64,000 nt of DNA from Octopus vulgaris (Eukaryota), in the NCBI GenBank assembly GCA_951406725.2, contig OX597826.1, positions 56,606,001 through 56,670,000 on the forward strand. Direction: 5' to 3'. Positions 10,812 through 23,823 of the stretch are shown in pieces. Every line of letters starts with the position of its first letter. Positions within the stretch are counted from its first letter, which is position 1. The translations under genes and the position numbers were made by a program. The notes beneath the pieces are model-generated. The model had not been told where the DNA came from and searched no databases. It saw only the letters and a program-made list of their open reading frames with translations.

Positions 10812-10929
10812 CATGTATATTGAGTAATATTCCATTTCACTTTCATGAGAATATGACTTGTAGTTCGGACAGATGATATTTACTCGGTCTCCAATATTTA
10901 CTCGTAGTTTCTGATTTTCTGGTCTAAAA
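10812..10929 (-). CDS. Ephrin: Internal coding exon of an ephrin (Eph-receptor ligand) gene, N-terminal half of the ephrin/cupredoxin-like domain
   Basis: Minus strand reads ...tttattctatttccAG | T TTT AGA CCA ... TCA ATA TAC ATG | GTAAGT, 118 nt, phase 2 in and phase 0 out. The peptide FRPENQKLRVNIGDRVNIICPNYKSYSHESEMEYYSIYM(V) fits the ephrin signature F-x5-L-x-V-x-I-G-D-x3-I-I-C-P...E-x-Y-x-I-Y-M-V. The intron just before the conserved Phe matches, as I recall, the WNxxNPx|F junction of vertebrate ephrins. A versus B class cannot be determined from this exon. Confidence 0.9.
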
Positions 10930-11689
10930 CTGGAAATAGAATAAAATAAAATAAAATAAAATAAATGAATATAAAAATGATAAACATCCAGGTATATGAA
11001 AATATAAAAATAAATACACAAAACCTAAAACAAGAAATCCTACAAATATATGATACAAAGTAAGCAAAGAAACCTGAAAGAAAATCTTCAAAAAGGAATG
11101 AAAAAATGTCAGAATTATTATTTCATTATATATTGGTATCATAAACTTGGTTCATGTTATACCATGTTAATGGGGTGCATGTGTGCAACACTGCATGTTT
11201 TGTTTTGTTTTGAGAGAAGAGCATAACGTTTCTATGCTGCATCTGTTTGGTTTTGTCGTGGGTTTTATTTTAAGATTTCTGATATTAATTTTCTGGTATT
11301 ATTAGTTTCATCTTGCTCAATGTGAGTTATTTTCTTTTCTTGGGTGATGTTGTGTGATTGGCAGCTATGTGTGTATTAGTGTTTCAATGGTGATTGCGTA
11401 CAGTGTGTGCTGCTGCTGAGTGGGTTGCGTTATTTAATGGGTGGTAACTGTTTACAATGTGATTTATGGTGTTATAGTATTGAGGATCGATTATGCAAGA
11501 GTATGTGCTGCATTATTTTATTAATTGTAGAATATGTGCTGTGTGTTGTGTTGTGTGTTATAGCATAGAATGGTGATTGTGTAAGATATGTACAATATGA
11601 ATTGTGATACATTATTGGGTGGCAATAATGATAATATTTATTATTTATCTTCATCATCATTCAATAATCTTACTTTAATTGCTTATTTT

Positions 11690-12122
11690 TTTCCATTGCA
11701 CCTTAGTGTGCAGCTCTGTCTGCCTTAGGTATATGAAGTGCTATCCTTTGGCTCTGTGTTCTATGTAATTGGAATGTACAGGGCCTAGAAATTCTATCTT
11801 TGTATGCTGTCAATATTTGAAGTCCTGGTGCTTTGGTTATGCATTTGTCTACATGTTTTTTTTTATCCATTCTCAAAACACCTGTTAATATAAGGACTGT
11901 TTGTTTCTAATCCCACCGCAATTTTGGTTATCTCCATTTAAAAATTTTTATATTTACATGTTTTCTTCATATCTTTGAAGAATACATTTTTTTATCTGTT
12001 GGGACTGATAATTCAATTAGGAGATGCTGTCTATGATAACAATATCCAACTGATTATCCTTGATCTCATTTAGCGAGCAATCTGGTATGAAATTGCTGAG
12101 CAACTCCCCAACACCTTTTCTG

Positions 12123-12177
<55 letters not shown>

Positions 12178-13250
12178 ATCTCTTTCAAGTTGGTATTTCC
12201 TAATGCTGTCCTAGTTTCTAGTATATGAAAACCCCACCAACTCTGATGTTCTTGTAGATTTATTCCTTATAGGCTGAGGCAGAGCAACCTGAGACACTAT
12301 AATCAACCTTTAAATATCCTGCAGTTAATTAATGATTTCTACTTTATAACATACACTTGGTGATGCTTCCTGGGCTTTAATCCTGTGCTACAAAAATCAA
12401 GAATCTTTCAGCTTTAATTTCAAGTCCTGTGCTTTTGAGCTAGTGCAAAAATTTTCGCCTGTCTATTTCCATCCAGTTCAACTTTTCTGAGTGTTGTATC
12501 TCTTGGGGGCTTTTCTTTCAGCATTGCAATCTGCAGTCCTATTTCAATTTAGATCTTATTTTTTTTTTTCTCAGAATTTCTTTTTTTTTTTTCCCTTTTC
12601 GCTTCAAAACTGTCTATCAACTTCTACTTTATATTTATTGGTTCTTGGAAATTAGAAAACAGTTTCTTCTTTTGGTCATATTTTGTAGCTAATTTTTATT
12701 GATTTTCCCTTTTTTTTCTTTGTTAGCTATTTTTGTAATCTTACAGTGGATATTTTATAATAGTTTTCTGGTTACATTAGGCTTCTACCTCTTAGTATTC
12801 ATGGCTATGAATAATCTTTTTATGTCAGAGTTTTAGTGGTATATTCTAATTTGTAGCCATAATTTTTCTTGCTTATCTATTTAGTCTAGCTAATTTCATT
12901 TAGTATCCAATTGAGAATATCATAACTATAACTAGAGTACCGATAGCTTATTTCCTTATTATTATTATTTTTTTTTTTGCATCTAGCTCCACTTTAAGTA
13001 TTAATCTAATTGCATCTTTAATATTCCTTTCTAACTATTTTCTTTCATTTGTATGCATTATATTCTGTCTCATTCATCAATTTCTAAGTATTTGTAAATC
13101 TCTGCATGGTGTAATCCTTTTATCTCTATATCTTTATCTAACATGATATCAGTGTCTTTAATTAATTTTCCTTTTTTCAAGGTTAGGTTGCTTTGGAACT
13201 TTTTTCTAATCCAATCCAATCAGTTCTGGTAGTATATCTATGTACTATCT
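11690..13250 (-). mobile_element. Decayed R4/Dong-clade non-LTR retrotransposon (post-RT region to 3' end)
   Basis: Broken minus-strand frames give IRLILKVELDAK (about 12976-13010), RLNR*ARKIM, an AERF..VAQD*S segment resembling ETEG..AAQDQ, and a KCITKAPGL segment near the 3' end. These motifs and their order match R4/Dong ORFs as I recall them. Many stops and frameshifts. Confidence 0.65.
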
Positions 13251-13306
13251 GTAGCAGTGTTTCAAATTGTTTATTATCACTGTTATTATCATCATCATTA
13301 TTATTA

Positions 13307-13525
13307 AGGCGGTAGCTGGCAGAAATGTTAGCATGCCAGGCAAAATGCTTAGCAGAATTTCGTTTGTTTTCACATTCTGAGTTCAAACTCTGTTGAGGTT
13401 GACTTTGCCTTTCCTCCTTTCGGCATTGATAAAATAACTACCAGTCAAGTACTGGGGTCGATGTGACTGACTTACCACCCCCAATTTCTGGCCTTGTACC
13501 TACAGTAGAAAGGATTATTATTATT
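13307..13525 (+). mobile_element. SINE family B, full length
   Basis: aggcggtagctggcagaaatgttagc...gagttcaaactc (B box)...gttgactttgcctttcctcctttcgg...ctggggtcgat, ending in an (ATT)n tail. Confidence 0.85.
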
Positions 13526-14794
13526 CTATGCAACTGTTGCTGTTATTTACATGGACAAAGTTTTTGTTTTTTTACTCAGTTGCTAGTTTGCTTCATTGAC
13601 AACTGTAGAGTATAATTTCCGTCTAGTTATATAGTGATTGTGAAAATAGTAATAATTTCTGATTAGGAATCATTGTTTCAAACACACACTTTCTTCTTTT
13701 ACTTTTTTTTTTTTTTTTAATAATATTTGGGCAATGTTTATTTATATAAGAGAATCTTCTCTTCATTTCATAAATAAATAATGTTGCAGAATCTATGTTG
13801 TGAAATAAGACTTAAAGTAAAAAAAAAAAAAGAAAAAAAAAGAAAAGGAAATAAACAGACAAAAGAAAGGGAAAGAAAAGAAAAACAAAGTAAGTTTAAA
13901 AAAATAATAAATACTAAATATAAACAACTTTGTTGGTTGTAAAACTGAAATTCTAATGTGTTGATTATTGTTGTGTGTGGTGTGGGAAAGAAAAAGCTGA
14001 ATTTTGTTATAAATTATTTATTTATATATATACTTGTTTTCATTGAATCTTGCCAATAATAAAGTGGTGTAACATGAGATACAATTGGAAAGATAGAAAA
14101 AGAGTAAATAAATAGGCCGAGGTTCATTATGAAAGAATAATAATGTCCATTAGAAACAATGTTACAACTAAAGTTGAGGGGTTTCTTTCTTTTTTTCTTT
14201 CTTTTCCAGTTTACTAATATTCTTTCTTTTTTATTCACTCTCATTGAAACTTTGTGATAAATTTTCATTTTCTAGCTCGGCTCTTAGAACCTCGGTTGCC
14301 AAGGTAGGATCTTATATAATGTTATTTAACTTAATGCCAAATATGACATGAGATAGATAGAGAGAGTGAGAGAGCAAGTGGAAGAGAGATAGAGAGAGAG
14401 AGAGGGAGAAAGTGGAAGAGAGATAGATAGAGAGAGACTAATGAACAAGAGCTGAAAATATATATGTGTGCGGATGTATATGTATAGGTGCAATGATGTG
14501 GTATTGAAGAGAAAGAGAGAGAGAGAAGAACAAGATAGCAATACAGCTTAAATTGAAAGTTATAGAAGGTGAAGATTGCCAACAACTAGTTGAAACTACC
14601 AAAACAAAAACTGTTAACAGAAACAGAACATTAGAATTTATTGCCAGTTAATAACTGGGATTCTTCACAAGAAAGAGCTGTGGAGTAAGGGAGGAATGGA
14701 GGCTCTATAGAGCTGGAAATTTTCTGTTGCAGTATGTTAGCTGATTGTAATTTCACTCATAATTTCGATTCACCAAAATCAACAACAATGAAAC

Positions 14795-14985
14795 CTTTGT
14801 AAGAAACAGCAGCTAAATCTCAAATTACACCCTGGTGTCTTAATTAAAAAAACAACAAAAAACAAATGAAGAATACATTGGACAATATAGCCAATGGTAT
14901 TTATATATAAAAACAAGAGGGTGATGGTTGGAATGTCTTTGGTCATAAGCTGTCCAACCAGAAACTGACCTGATGGTAAACAGCG
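14795..14985 (+). repeat. Family D dispersed repeat
   Basis: 'agaaacagcagctaaatct...gatggttggaatgtctttggtcataag...ctgacctg'. Confidence 0.55.
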
Positions 14986-16369
14986 ACCACACTAAAATTG
15001 AAACTTCAAAAATGAAAATGGCACTTGTTACTTTTGATGACTCAAATATGGTAACTTCTGAATGTCAAAGAACGAAGGTATTTAAAACAAAGGTGTTTTA
15101 AAATGTCTTCCTTCCGTCATGCTTTGGGTATTTTTTTTTTTGTTCCAAAGTTTATACCATCAATTCATAAACACGATAAGACCCTCCTCTATATCACGCT
15201 AACACACACGAACGTATGTAATTGCTTCATCTTCTTTGATGATAACTTGTTTATCGATATTCATCTATCTTAAAAGCTCAAAAGAACATAAACCTGTGGA
15301 ATGCTATGTTTTTCCATTTTCTGCTGTTTACTAAATATTGTTGATGTTCAGATGAAGAAGAAGAGCAAGAAAAAAGCAATGACATCAGAGAGAGAGAGAT
15401 GAAATCTTGATGCTAGTTACTTATTGCATGGGAACATGTTAAATTGGCTTCATTGCAGATGCAGTGTTTGTAGATTTTAGCTGCAATGTTCACTTTACAA
15501 GAACAGTTTCTATTGCAACAGAAATGAGTTTGATATCTTCTTTGAGGAAGCAGTATTCTTTATTCTTCACATGTCTTGTGTCAATAAAGAATCAAAATAA
15601 AAAAGACAAAATATGAAACAAAATGCCAGAGAATCATACAAAGTCACAACAACACAAAACTATCATTATCGATAAGGTCTTAGAAGTACTCAGAGAGATA
15701 GAGGGAGAGAGAGAGAGAGTGGTTTGATCAAAAGCAGAGCAAAGCAAAACTTCCAGCCACAACCAGACAGTATTCTGGTTACATAACCAGCCATTCCTTA
15801 CATGTCATTACTGGCTTTCTCAACATGTTCTATACAGACAAAACTTAAAAGTAAGATACTTGTTTAAGATATTTCTACAACCCATGAGTAGTTCTTTGAG
15901 ATAGGAAATTATTTAATATATATAAAATAACTAATTAGATAACTGATACACAAACACACACACACACATACACACACACACATACACACACACACACATA
16001 CACACACAAACAGATAACCATCATATACATTTACAAATACGGCGTGTTTATGAAGTAGAAGCTATATATAGTGTATAAAAACAAGGATTAATTGAACACC
16101 AACAAGAGTATAGTTCTATTCTAAGTTGAGCAATTCTATAAATGTATGTATATATATGTAACTCACATAGACAATTGGTTGAAGAGTATGATCCATTTCA
16201 TTACTACCCAGAGTTTCTTACAACATGTGATCCTTTTGTTGACTAAAGAATTGCATGAATGAGAGACTAATACATAGACCAAGTTCATTTTGTTTCCTTT
16301 GTTTACTCAAGTGTGTATCAAGATCTATCAATCAATCCATCCATCCATCCATCCATTTTAAAATCTCTT

Positions 16370-16585
16370 ATTCTTTTACATGTTTTATTCATCTGACTGT
16401 GGCCATGCTGGAGCACCACCTTTAGTCGAACAAATTGACCCCAGGACTTATTCTTTGTAAGCCTAGTACTTATTCTATCGGTCTCTTTTACTGAACTGCC
16501 AAGTTATGGGCATGTAAAGACACCAACATCAGTTGTCAAGTGATGGTGGTGGTGGGGAGACAAAGACAAACAAACATATACATAC

Positions 16586-16643
<58 letters not shown>

Positions 16644-16809
16644 ACACAATGGGCTTCTTTCAGTTTCCTTCTACAAAATCCACTCACAAGGCTTTGGTTG
16701 GCCCAGGGCTATAGCAGAAGACAATTGCCCATGGTGCCATGCAGTGGGACAGAACCTGGAACCATGTGGTTGGGAAGCGAGCTCCTTACATACAGCCACG
16801 CTTGCACCT
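16370..16809 (-). mobile_element. tRNA-derived CORE-like SINE family A with internal (TA)n
   Basis: Aligns along its whole length with the copies at 25683-26084 and 63013-63405. The reverse-complement head has the B-box-like 'aggttctgtccc'. Confidence 0.85.
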
Positions 16810-17023
16810 ATATATATATGAGAGAGAGAGATAATGGAATCTTTCATTGAGAGTGATGTATGAGCATTCATCTATTTCTCTAGTCCTGATTCCACTATCA
16901 CAACACCTAGATTAAAAAACAAAGAATTGTTACTGAACATCCAGCACAAAGAATGTCTTAGTGAAGTAACTTGTGCTTAGCCTACACCTACATATTTACA
17001 CACACACACACACACACACACAA

Positions 17024-17172
17024 TGTTTCCAGCTACTAAAATCACTCACAAGGCTTTGACCAGCTTGGGACTATGGTAGAATACACTTGCCTGAAGTGCC
17101 AAGCAGAGGGACTGAACCCGAAACATATAAGTAGGAAGCAAACTACTTAAACACACAGCCATGCTTGTACCT
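17024..17172 (-). mobile_element. SINE family A, 5' portion only
   Basis: 'cactcacaaggctttg...acacttgcctgaagtgcc...gggactgaacccgaa...cacacagccatgc'. Confidence 0.75.
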
Positions 17173-17253
17173 ATTGTGTATGCATACATTTATATGTATA
17201 CACAATATATATATACATATATACACACACACACACATATGTATGTATACACA

Positions 17254-17290
<37 letters not shown>

Positions 17291-17456
17291 ATATATATAT
17301 ATTCATATATATACACACACACATGTATGTATACACAATATATATATACATATATATAAAGATATATATGTTTATGTGTGTGTGTGTATGTATACACAGT
17401 ATATATATATATATACATATATACACACACACGTTTGTATACACAATATATATATT

Positions 17457-17490
<34 letters not shown>

Positions 17491-18698
17491 TATAATGCAT
17501 ACATGTGTGCATCTGTATGTAAACAGAGATATTGTAAATGACATTGTTAAATGTTTTTTGTGAGAACAACTGAAGTGCTCAATACACATTCATTGAGAGT
17601 CTAGCAGAGTGTAGTATCTGCCTGTATATGTGTACACACAATCATACACTCACACTTTAATCTATATCTTAAAATGGCTTCAACCTAATCACTTTATTAA
17701 AAAGAAATGTTACATTTCCAAGGGGATGGGGAGGTTCTAATGGAATTAATTCCAGTGGAAAGAAATGTACTTTGGTCACAGAACATGATTCCAATATCTA
17801 GTTTCTGAGGAAAGATCAAGAATTCCGAGCATGTTTAAAGATTTCAGGCAAATTGAATTCCTGTTGGCTATAATTCCAGAACATTAAAGAATGACAAAAG
17901 AAAAGACAAAATAACAAAAATTCTCTTACATTGTTTAGTTTTTAAATTTTTTTCAAATCTTTTTGCAACAATGACACTGTAGCCTAATGTTTTTCTATTA
18001 TTAAAGATTGCTCCCATAGACAAAAGGCCAGAAACTTAGAGGGGGGGAAGGGTATATAGTTGATTAAATTGACCTCATTCTATGCATATTACTTATTTTT
18101 ATTCAACCCTTGGAGGGGAGGGGGTAAACAACAAAATTCAATGCTGGTGGGGTTTAAATTTGAAACATTTGCAACCTTCATGCCTTTCAATTATAGTTAA
18201 CACAATGCTGTTATTGTTTGGCCATAGATCACTCCTTGATTGACTTTCCAGCCATGACCATACTGACTTGCTTTCAGGAATAATATATCTAGGACTATAT
18301 AATTCAGTGTGTTCTACCTTTTCTAAAGTCTTTTTCTTCGAGCAGTCATGACTGAGATGTTTTTTGCTAAGTCTCATCAGAAATCTCTATCCTTCATTAT
18401 TAACTTTGGTATAAGCCCTCAATTCTCCATGAATAATACTGATATAATCGAGTGATTTCTGTTTTTTATTGAAGTGTGAAGGTCTTGAAAATATAACTTT
18501 CAATGTGGTCTGATATGCAGCACAATAGTGTTTTTTCTTTGTGGTTAAGGTGTGATCTTAAGGGAATTCAGTTGCTATATCCAGCACAAGGATTCACTGA
18601 GCTGGATAGTCAACAATATTGACTGAAGGATACAAGCTGGATATGAATACTGTTTGGTTACTTTGATGGTGAAAGTACTGGTTACTTTGATGGTGAAA

Positions 18699-18929
18699 GG
18701 CGGCGAGCTAGCAGAAGCGTTAGCACACTGGGCGAAATGCTTTGCAGTAATTCGTCTGCCGTTACGTTGTGAGTTCAAATTCCGCCGAGGTCGACTTTGC
18801 TTTTCATCCTTTCGGGGTCAATAAATTAAGTACCAGTTACGCACTGGGGTCGATGTAATCGACATAATACCTGTGTCTGTCCTTGTTTGTCCCCTCTATG
18901 TTTAGCCCCTTATGGGTAATAAAGAAATA
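18699..18929 (+). mobile_element. Young SINE family B with target-site duplication
   Basis: CpG-rich and close to the 53791 copy. TSD ggtgaaa at 18692-18698 and 18930-18936. Confidence 0.9.
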
Positions 18930-20224
18930 GGTGAAAGTACTGATGGCTCAGTTAGACTTTCACAAATGAGGTTATAAAATGGAAAGAAGTTGCATTTCTG
19001 AGTTGTCTAAGTCATTCCAGAATAGAGAAAATGGATATTAAAACAATGATGATGATGAGGAGGAGGAGGAAGAAGACATCTTGTTATAAAAACAGACAGA
19101 CACAGAGAGAGACAACAATAAACACCATCCGACACAGAATTAACAAACAAACAGAAAGCAATTAAAAGCCTTCTGTGTGGCCAATGCTGTTGATGAACAC
19201 AGAACCCAACAAATATTTTATGGAGTGTTGGTTTTTTAAGAGCCGAGTTGCTCAGGATGACATGCAGAGCTCCTCACTGATACGCCACATTAAACATAGA
19301 CACAACACACTTATGCCTCTGCTGTTTTATACAAGGGACACAAATAAGCTAGCCCATTATTATAAAACATGTTTGTCACCGGTGCGTGGAGTGTTGTGGT
19401 GTTGTACCTTCTTAGAAAACAGTTTGACGGAAAATAGCAATATACAAGCCACTTGTCCGGAAATAATGGTAAAAAAACAATTAAAAAAAAAACCCCTCAA
19501 CCAGCTTCTATAAAACCTAATACAAATAAATTAAACATTCAATGGGACACTTGCCATCGTCCTTCTCCCTCAACTTATCAATAAAGCCATAATATATATG
19601 TGTGTGCTTTTTTATTAGGGATCGAACAATATAAACAAGTATTACGCAAGTTTTTTTCTCCTCCCCCACCACTAACAGGCAGGAGGATTCTGTTAGAGGA
19701 AAGATGGAGTAGGGGTGAAAGGAAACTGGAAAAAAAGGGGTAAAAGGAAAGGAACATAGGAAATAATGGATATAATACATGATATGAAGAAGGGTGTGGT
19801 ATTGATAGGGGTGAAAGACTAGTGATGTAACAACAGCTTCAGCATATGCATATAATGGCTTGCTCACAGGAGGAAACAGAGTCTATGCATGCACACGTGT
19901 TTATATCTATGCATGTGTGGGTGTGTGTGCAAAAGGGGTGTATATGGGTGTTATGAGAAGACGTCTGATGAGAGGAAAGTGCTGTTGCGTGTCTGAAAGG
20001 GTGAGCATTAAAACATTTCTGCATTTCTTGTGCAGTCGTTCTCCGCCTCCTAAAGCATTGTTTAATGAGTGCTGTCTATTATATAGCAGTGACAATAACA
20101 GCAACAGCACTGGGTAGTGGTTATGCAAACAAAGGCCACCTTGTGGTCACAATTGACCAATCAGTAAAAAAAAACAAAAAACAAAAAAAAAAACAAGCTA
20201 ATGAAAGAGCTTCTATATGTTTAT

Positions 20225-20420
20225 TCTATCAGCTAGAAAGAGCAACTAAATCTCTAAATCTCTAATCTCCCTTAATTCATGTCCTAAGAGTTTTCAAGAT
20301 AAGGAAGAACACATTGGGATAATGGCAGTTCTAGATAAAAGTATGAAATGGCCATACCTGAAATGTCTTTTGATAATGTCTATTTAATGAAGACTAATCT
20401 GGAGCTAAATATCAACAACT
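20225..20420 (+). repeat. Family D dispersed repeat
   Basis: 'gctagaaagagcaactaaatctct...gaacacattgggataat...aaatgtcttttgat...ggagctaaatatcaacaac'. Confidence 0.55.
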
Positions 20421-20843
20421 ATTACAGCCAATGATGAGCAGAGTTCTATCTTATGTAACTGATACTAACATTATTATCTTATAATGTGTAGTGATTGACT
20501 GTGTGACATAGTCACTGACAATGAAACTCTCTTTCACTCTCTCTCTCTAAACACACACACAATCAATGGTGATGATTTACTTTGTTACTACCTAGAATTT
20601 CTTGCACATGCAATCCTTTTGTCAACTGAAAGATTGCGTGTAGCAAGAAAATTGATTGCAAGTATTGAGTACTTTTTCTGTTTGCCTATCTGAACATGTA
20701 AATGTAAAAAACAAGGTGGTGTAGTATAAATGCATTAAAATATATATGACAAATACACAAACATATGTGTGTGTGTGTGTGTATATATGTGTGTGTGTGT
20801 ATATATATATGCATATATGAGTGTGTATATATATATGCATATA

Positions 20844-20879
<36 letters not shown>

Positions 20880-21999
20880 CACACACATACATACACATAT
20901 ATGCAAATATATATATGTGTGTGTGTATACACACACATACATATATAATGTTAGTCTGAAAATAACTATGTAAATTGCGGAATTTTGTCTTGCGATAAAC
21001 AACCACTCAGCCATATAGAATGAGCAGTCAATTCTACCATAAATCACATCCTATGATCTTAAGAATGAAAATACACATTAGAAGATGTACCCTAAATATA
21101 CTAAGTCTGAAAGGAAAATGGCAGGGTTCACGCGACTGGAACACTTTTGATCGTAGATCTTCTTGAGGAGGGTTGAATTAAGGAACAACATCAATAACGA
21201 AAGTGTCGTTTAACCCTTAAGATATCTCTTTTAGAATTGCCTTTTCGTGTAATGACTGACTTATGGTGGTGTTCTGGTAGTACTAAGTCAGCTAGGTGAG
21301 AGTCCCAACTCTTTTCTAATAATTATGGCTTAGATCCAGAGACAACCAGACATAACAGAGAAGTGAACTTGTAATCAGATTTGTGTTGCAAACTCAGCTT
21401 GTTAAGAAAGTTTACCAATGCTGTACAAGGAACAATTCCTAAAGTAGGTCTGGTCTTTAGTAATGTTTTATGATGCTATAACATATTTCTCCAATAACTA
21501 AAGAGATCAAAAGAAATTCAGAGTCCTTATGGTATTCATTAAGTTATGTAAGAAGAAAAGTGGAAACCTAACATTTATTTCATTGTAATTTAATACTGCT
21601 TTGATTGCAAGATGTTTCTACTTTGCACAGGCATGGTGGTAATTAGGATATTGATCTGTTGTTAGTTGTGATGTTGTTATTGAGTAACTAACTAACTAAC
21701 TAACAACCTTTAGTCAATAATATTTCATGTATACCTTTGTTGATGTTGTACTTTAATCTTTACCCTGATTGAACAGAACTGTGCCAGAGACATTCCAGAC
21801 ATGACTATCATGTCGAGTTTCTCAAATGAAACACTCATCATTAGCGTTGACTGTGATAACAAAAATGTTTCACTTTACATGATCAGTGGTCTTGTGTGCA
21901 ATCTGTGATGTGAAGTGTGCTCAACATAGAGTTAGCCAGTTCACAGCACTGATGCTAATAACAGTGATGACAAGCTTGATGATGGTTGACAATAATATA

Positions 22000-22160
22000 A
22001 TCATCATCATCGTCATTTAATATCTGCCTTCCATACTGGCATGGATTCTACTGTTTGACAGGAGTTGGCCAGGCAGAAGCCTGCTCCAGACTTCTGTGTC
22101 TGTTTTGGCAAGGTTTTTACGGTTGGCTGCCCTTCCTAATACCAACCACCCTGCAGAATG
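22000..22160 (-). mobile_element. Family C repeat 3' end with (GAT)n tail
   Basis: Reverse complement matches 'ttggtattaggaagggcagccaaccgtaaaaaccttgccaaaac...ccatgccagtatggaa...ttaaatgacgatgatg', as at about 43740, 54030 and 57690. Confidence 0.65.
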
Positions 22161-22179
22161 AACTAATAATAATAATGAT

Positions 22180-22732
22180 AATAATAATCCTCTCTATTAA
22201 AGGCACAAGGCCTGAAATTTTTGGGGAAAGAACTAGTCGATTACATTGAACCCCGGTGTTTCACTGGTACTTAATTTATCAACCCTGAAGGGATGAAAGG
22301 CTAAGTCGACCCCAGCGGAATTTGAACTCAGAACATAAAGATGGATGAAATACCGCTAAGCATTTTGCTTGGTGTGCTAACAATTCTGCCAGCTAATAAT
22401 GGTTTCAAATTTTGGGACAAAGCCAGAAATTTCAGAGAGAAGCTAAGTTAATTAAATCGATCTCAGGGCTTGACTTATTTTATTGACCCTGAATGAATGA
22501 ATGTCAAAGTCAACCTCAGCAGAATTTGAACTCAGAATGTAATATTAATAATAAGAACAATTCTTTTCTAAATTTGGCACAAGGCCAGCAATTTTTAAGG
22601 GAAGGGAGAAATCAAATTACATCTACCCCAGTTCTCAGTTGGTACATCATCATCAATCCCAGAAGGACGGACAGGCAAAGTCAACCTTGGTGAGATTTGA
22701 ACATAAAATGCGAAAAACCACATTAAATGCCT
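22180..22732 (-). mobile_element. Three head-to-tail SINE family B copies (about 22180-22395, 22397-22545, 22560-22730)
   Basis: Each carries a version of 'ggcacaaggcc.g.aattt...gtc(g/a)acc...atttgaac', the reverse complement of the family B B-box and core. Confidence 0.75.
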
Positions 22733-23295
22733 AATAATGATAATGATAATGGTAATGATAATCTGCCCTAGATGTCAGGAAGACACTTGGCAAGAAATGA
22801 AAACAGAATTGAAAGAAGATGCCAATGAAAATAATGATGATGATAATAATAATAATAATAATAATAATAATAGTAAGGGTAGTAATATCGTAAGTAATAA
22901 AGACAATAACCAGTAATAGTAACAGTAAATAATCAGTAAATAAGTAAACAAAAAGATAAACAAACATACAAACGAAGACATAAATAAATAGAAATGTTTT
23001 AATTATTCAATTCTAAGGCTTTGTTTAGAAAATTTTCGAAAATAACCTGATAAACCTGGTTAAAAGCAGGGAGGGGAGGTGGATGGAGGAGGGGCAGTGG
23101 TACAGTATAAAAGTTGATGCCCAACAGCTATGTTGAAACAAACAAAATGGATAAACACACACACACACACACACACACATGTAAACACACACACACACAC
23201 ACTGAGGCAGTTTGAAAAATTATAAATTGATTTTCAATAGAATACAATTTGTTATTTATTGAATATTCGTGGCTTTGTTAAGAAGAAAACAAGTA

Positions 23296-23333
<38 letters not shown>

Positions 23334-23618
23334 TGATGATGATGATGATAAAGAAACAAAAAAATGTAAAAAGAAATAACAAAATAAGAACAACCACCAC
23401 AATGATAATGGTGATGATGATGATGATGATGTTGATGACGATGGTGATGGTGATGATGGTTACAAAACAGAGTTGAAAATGTTTTGTTTGCAGATATAAT
23501 TGGATTACAATTGTGTATCAATATCAGTCCAAGTCACATTGCCTACTGAGTTTAATACACACACACACACACACACACATGCTCATACATCTACACTCAA
23601 ACATGTTTGTACACTTTG

Positions 23619-23658
<40 letters not shown>

Positions 23659-23792
23659 CAGAAGAATGGTTTTGTTTCTCACCTTCTTAATAACAATAAA
23701 TAATAATAATTATTACAATTATTATCATCGTTATTATAATGCTCATTTAATCACTATTTATCATTATTGTTAGTTATTGCTGTTGTTGTTGT

Positions 23793-23823
<31 letters not shown>

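Noticed and set aside
11150-11640. Possible additional LINE fragment on the minus strand
   Set aside because: The composition is suggestive, but I could not read a diagnostic motif with confidence.
18699-18790. tRNA gene
   Set aside because: The A/B boxes belong to a SINE head; no full cloverleaf, and it continues into a SINE body with a TSD.
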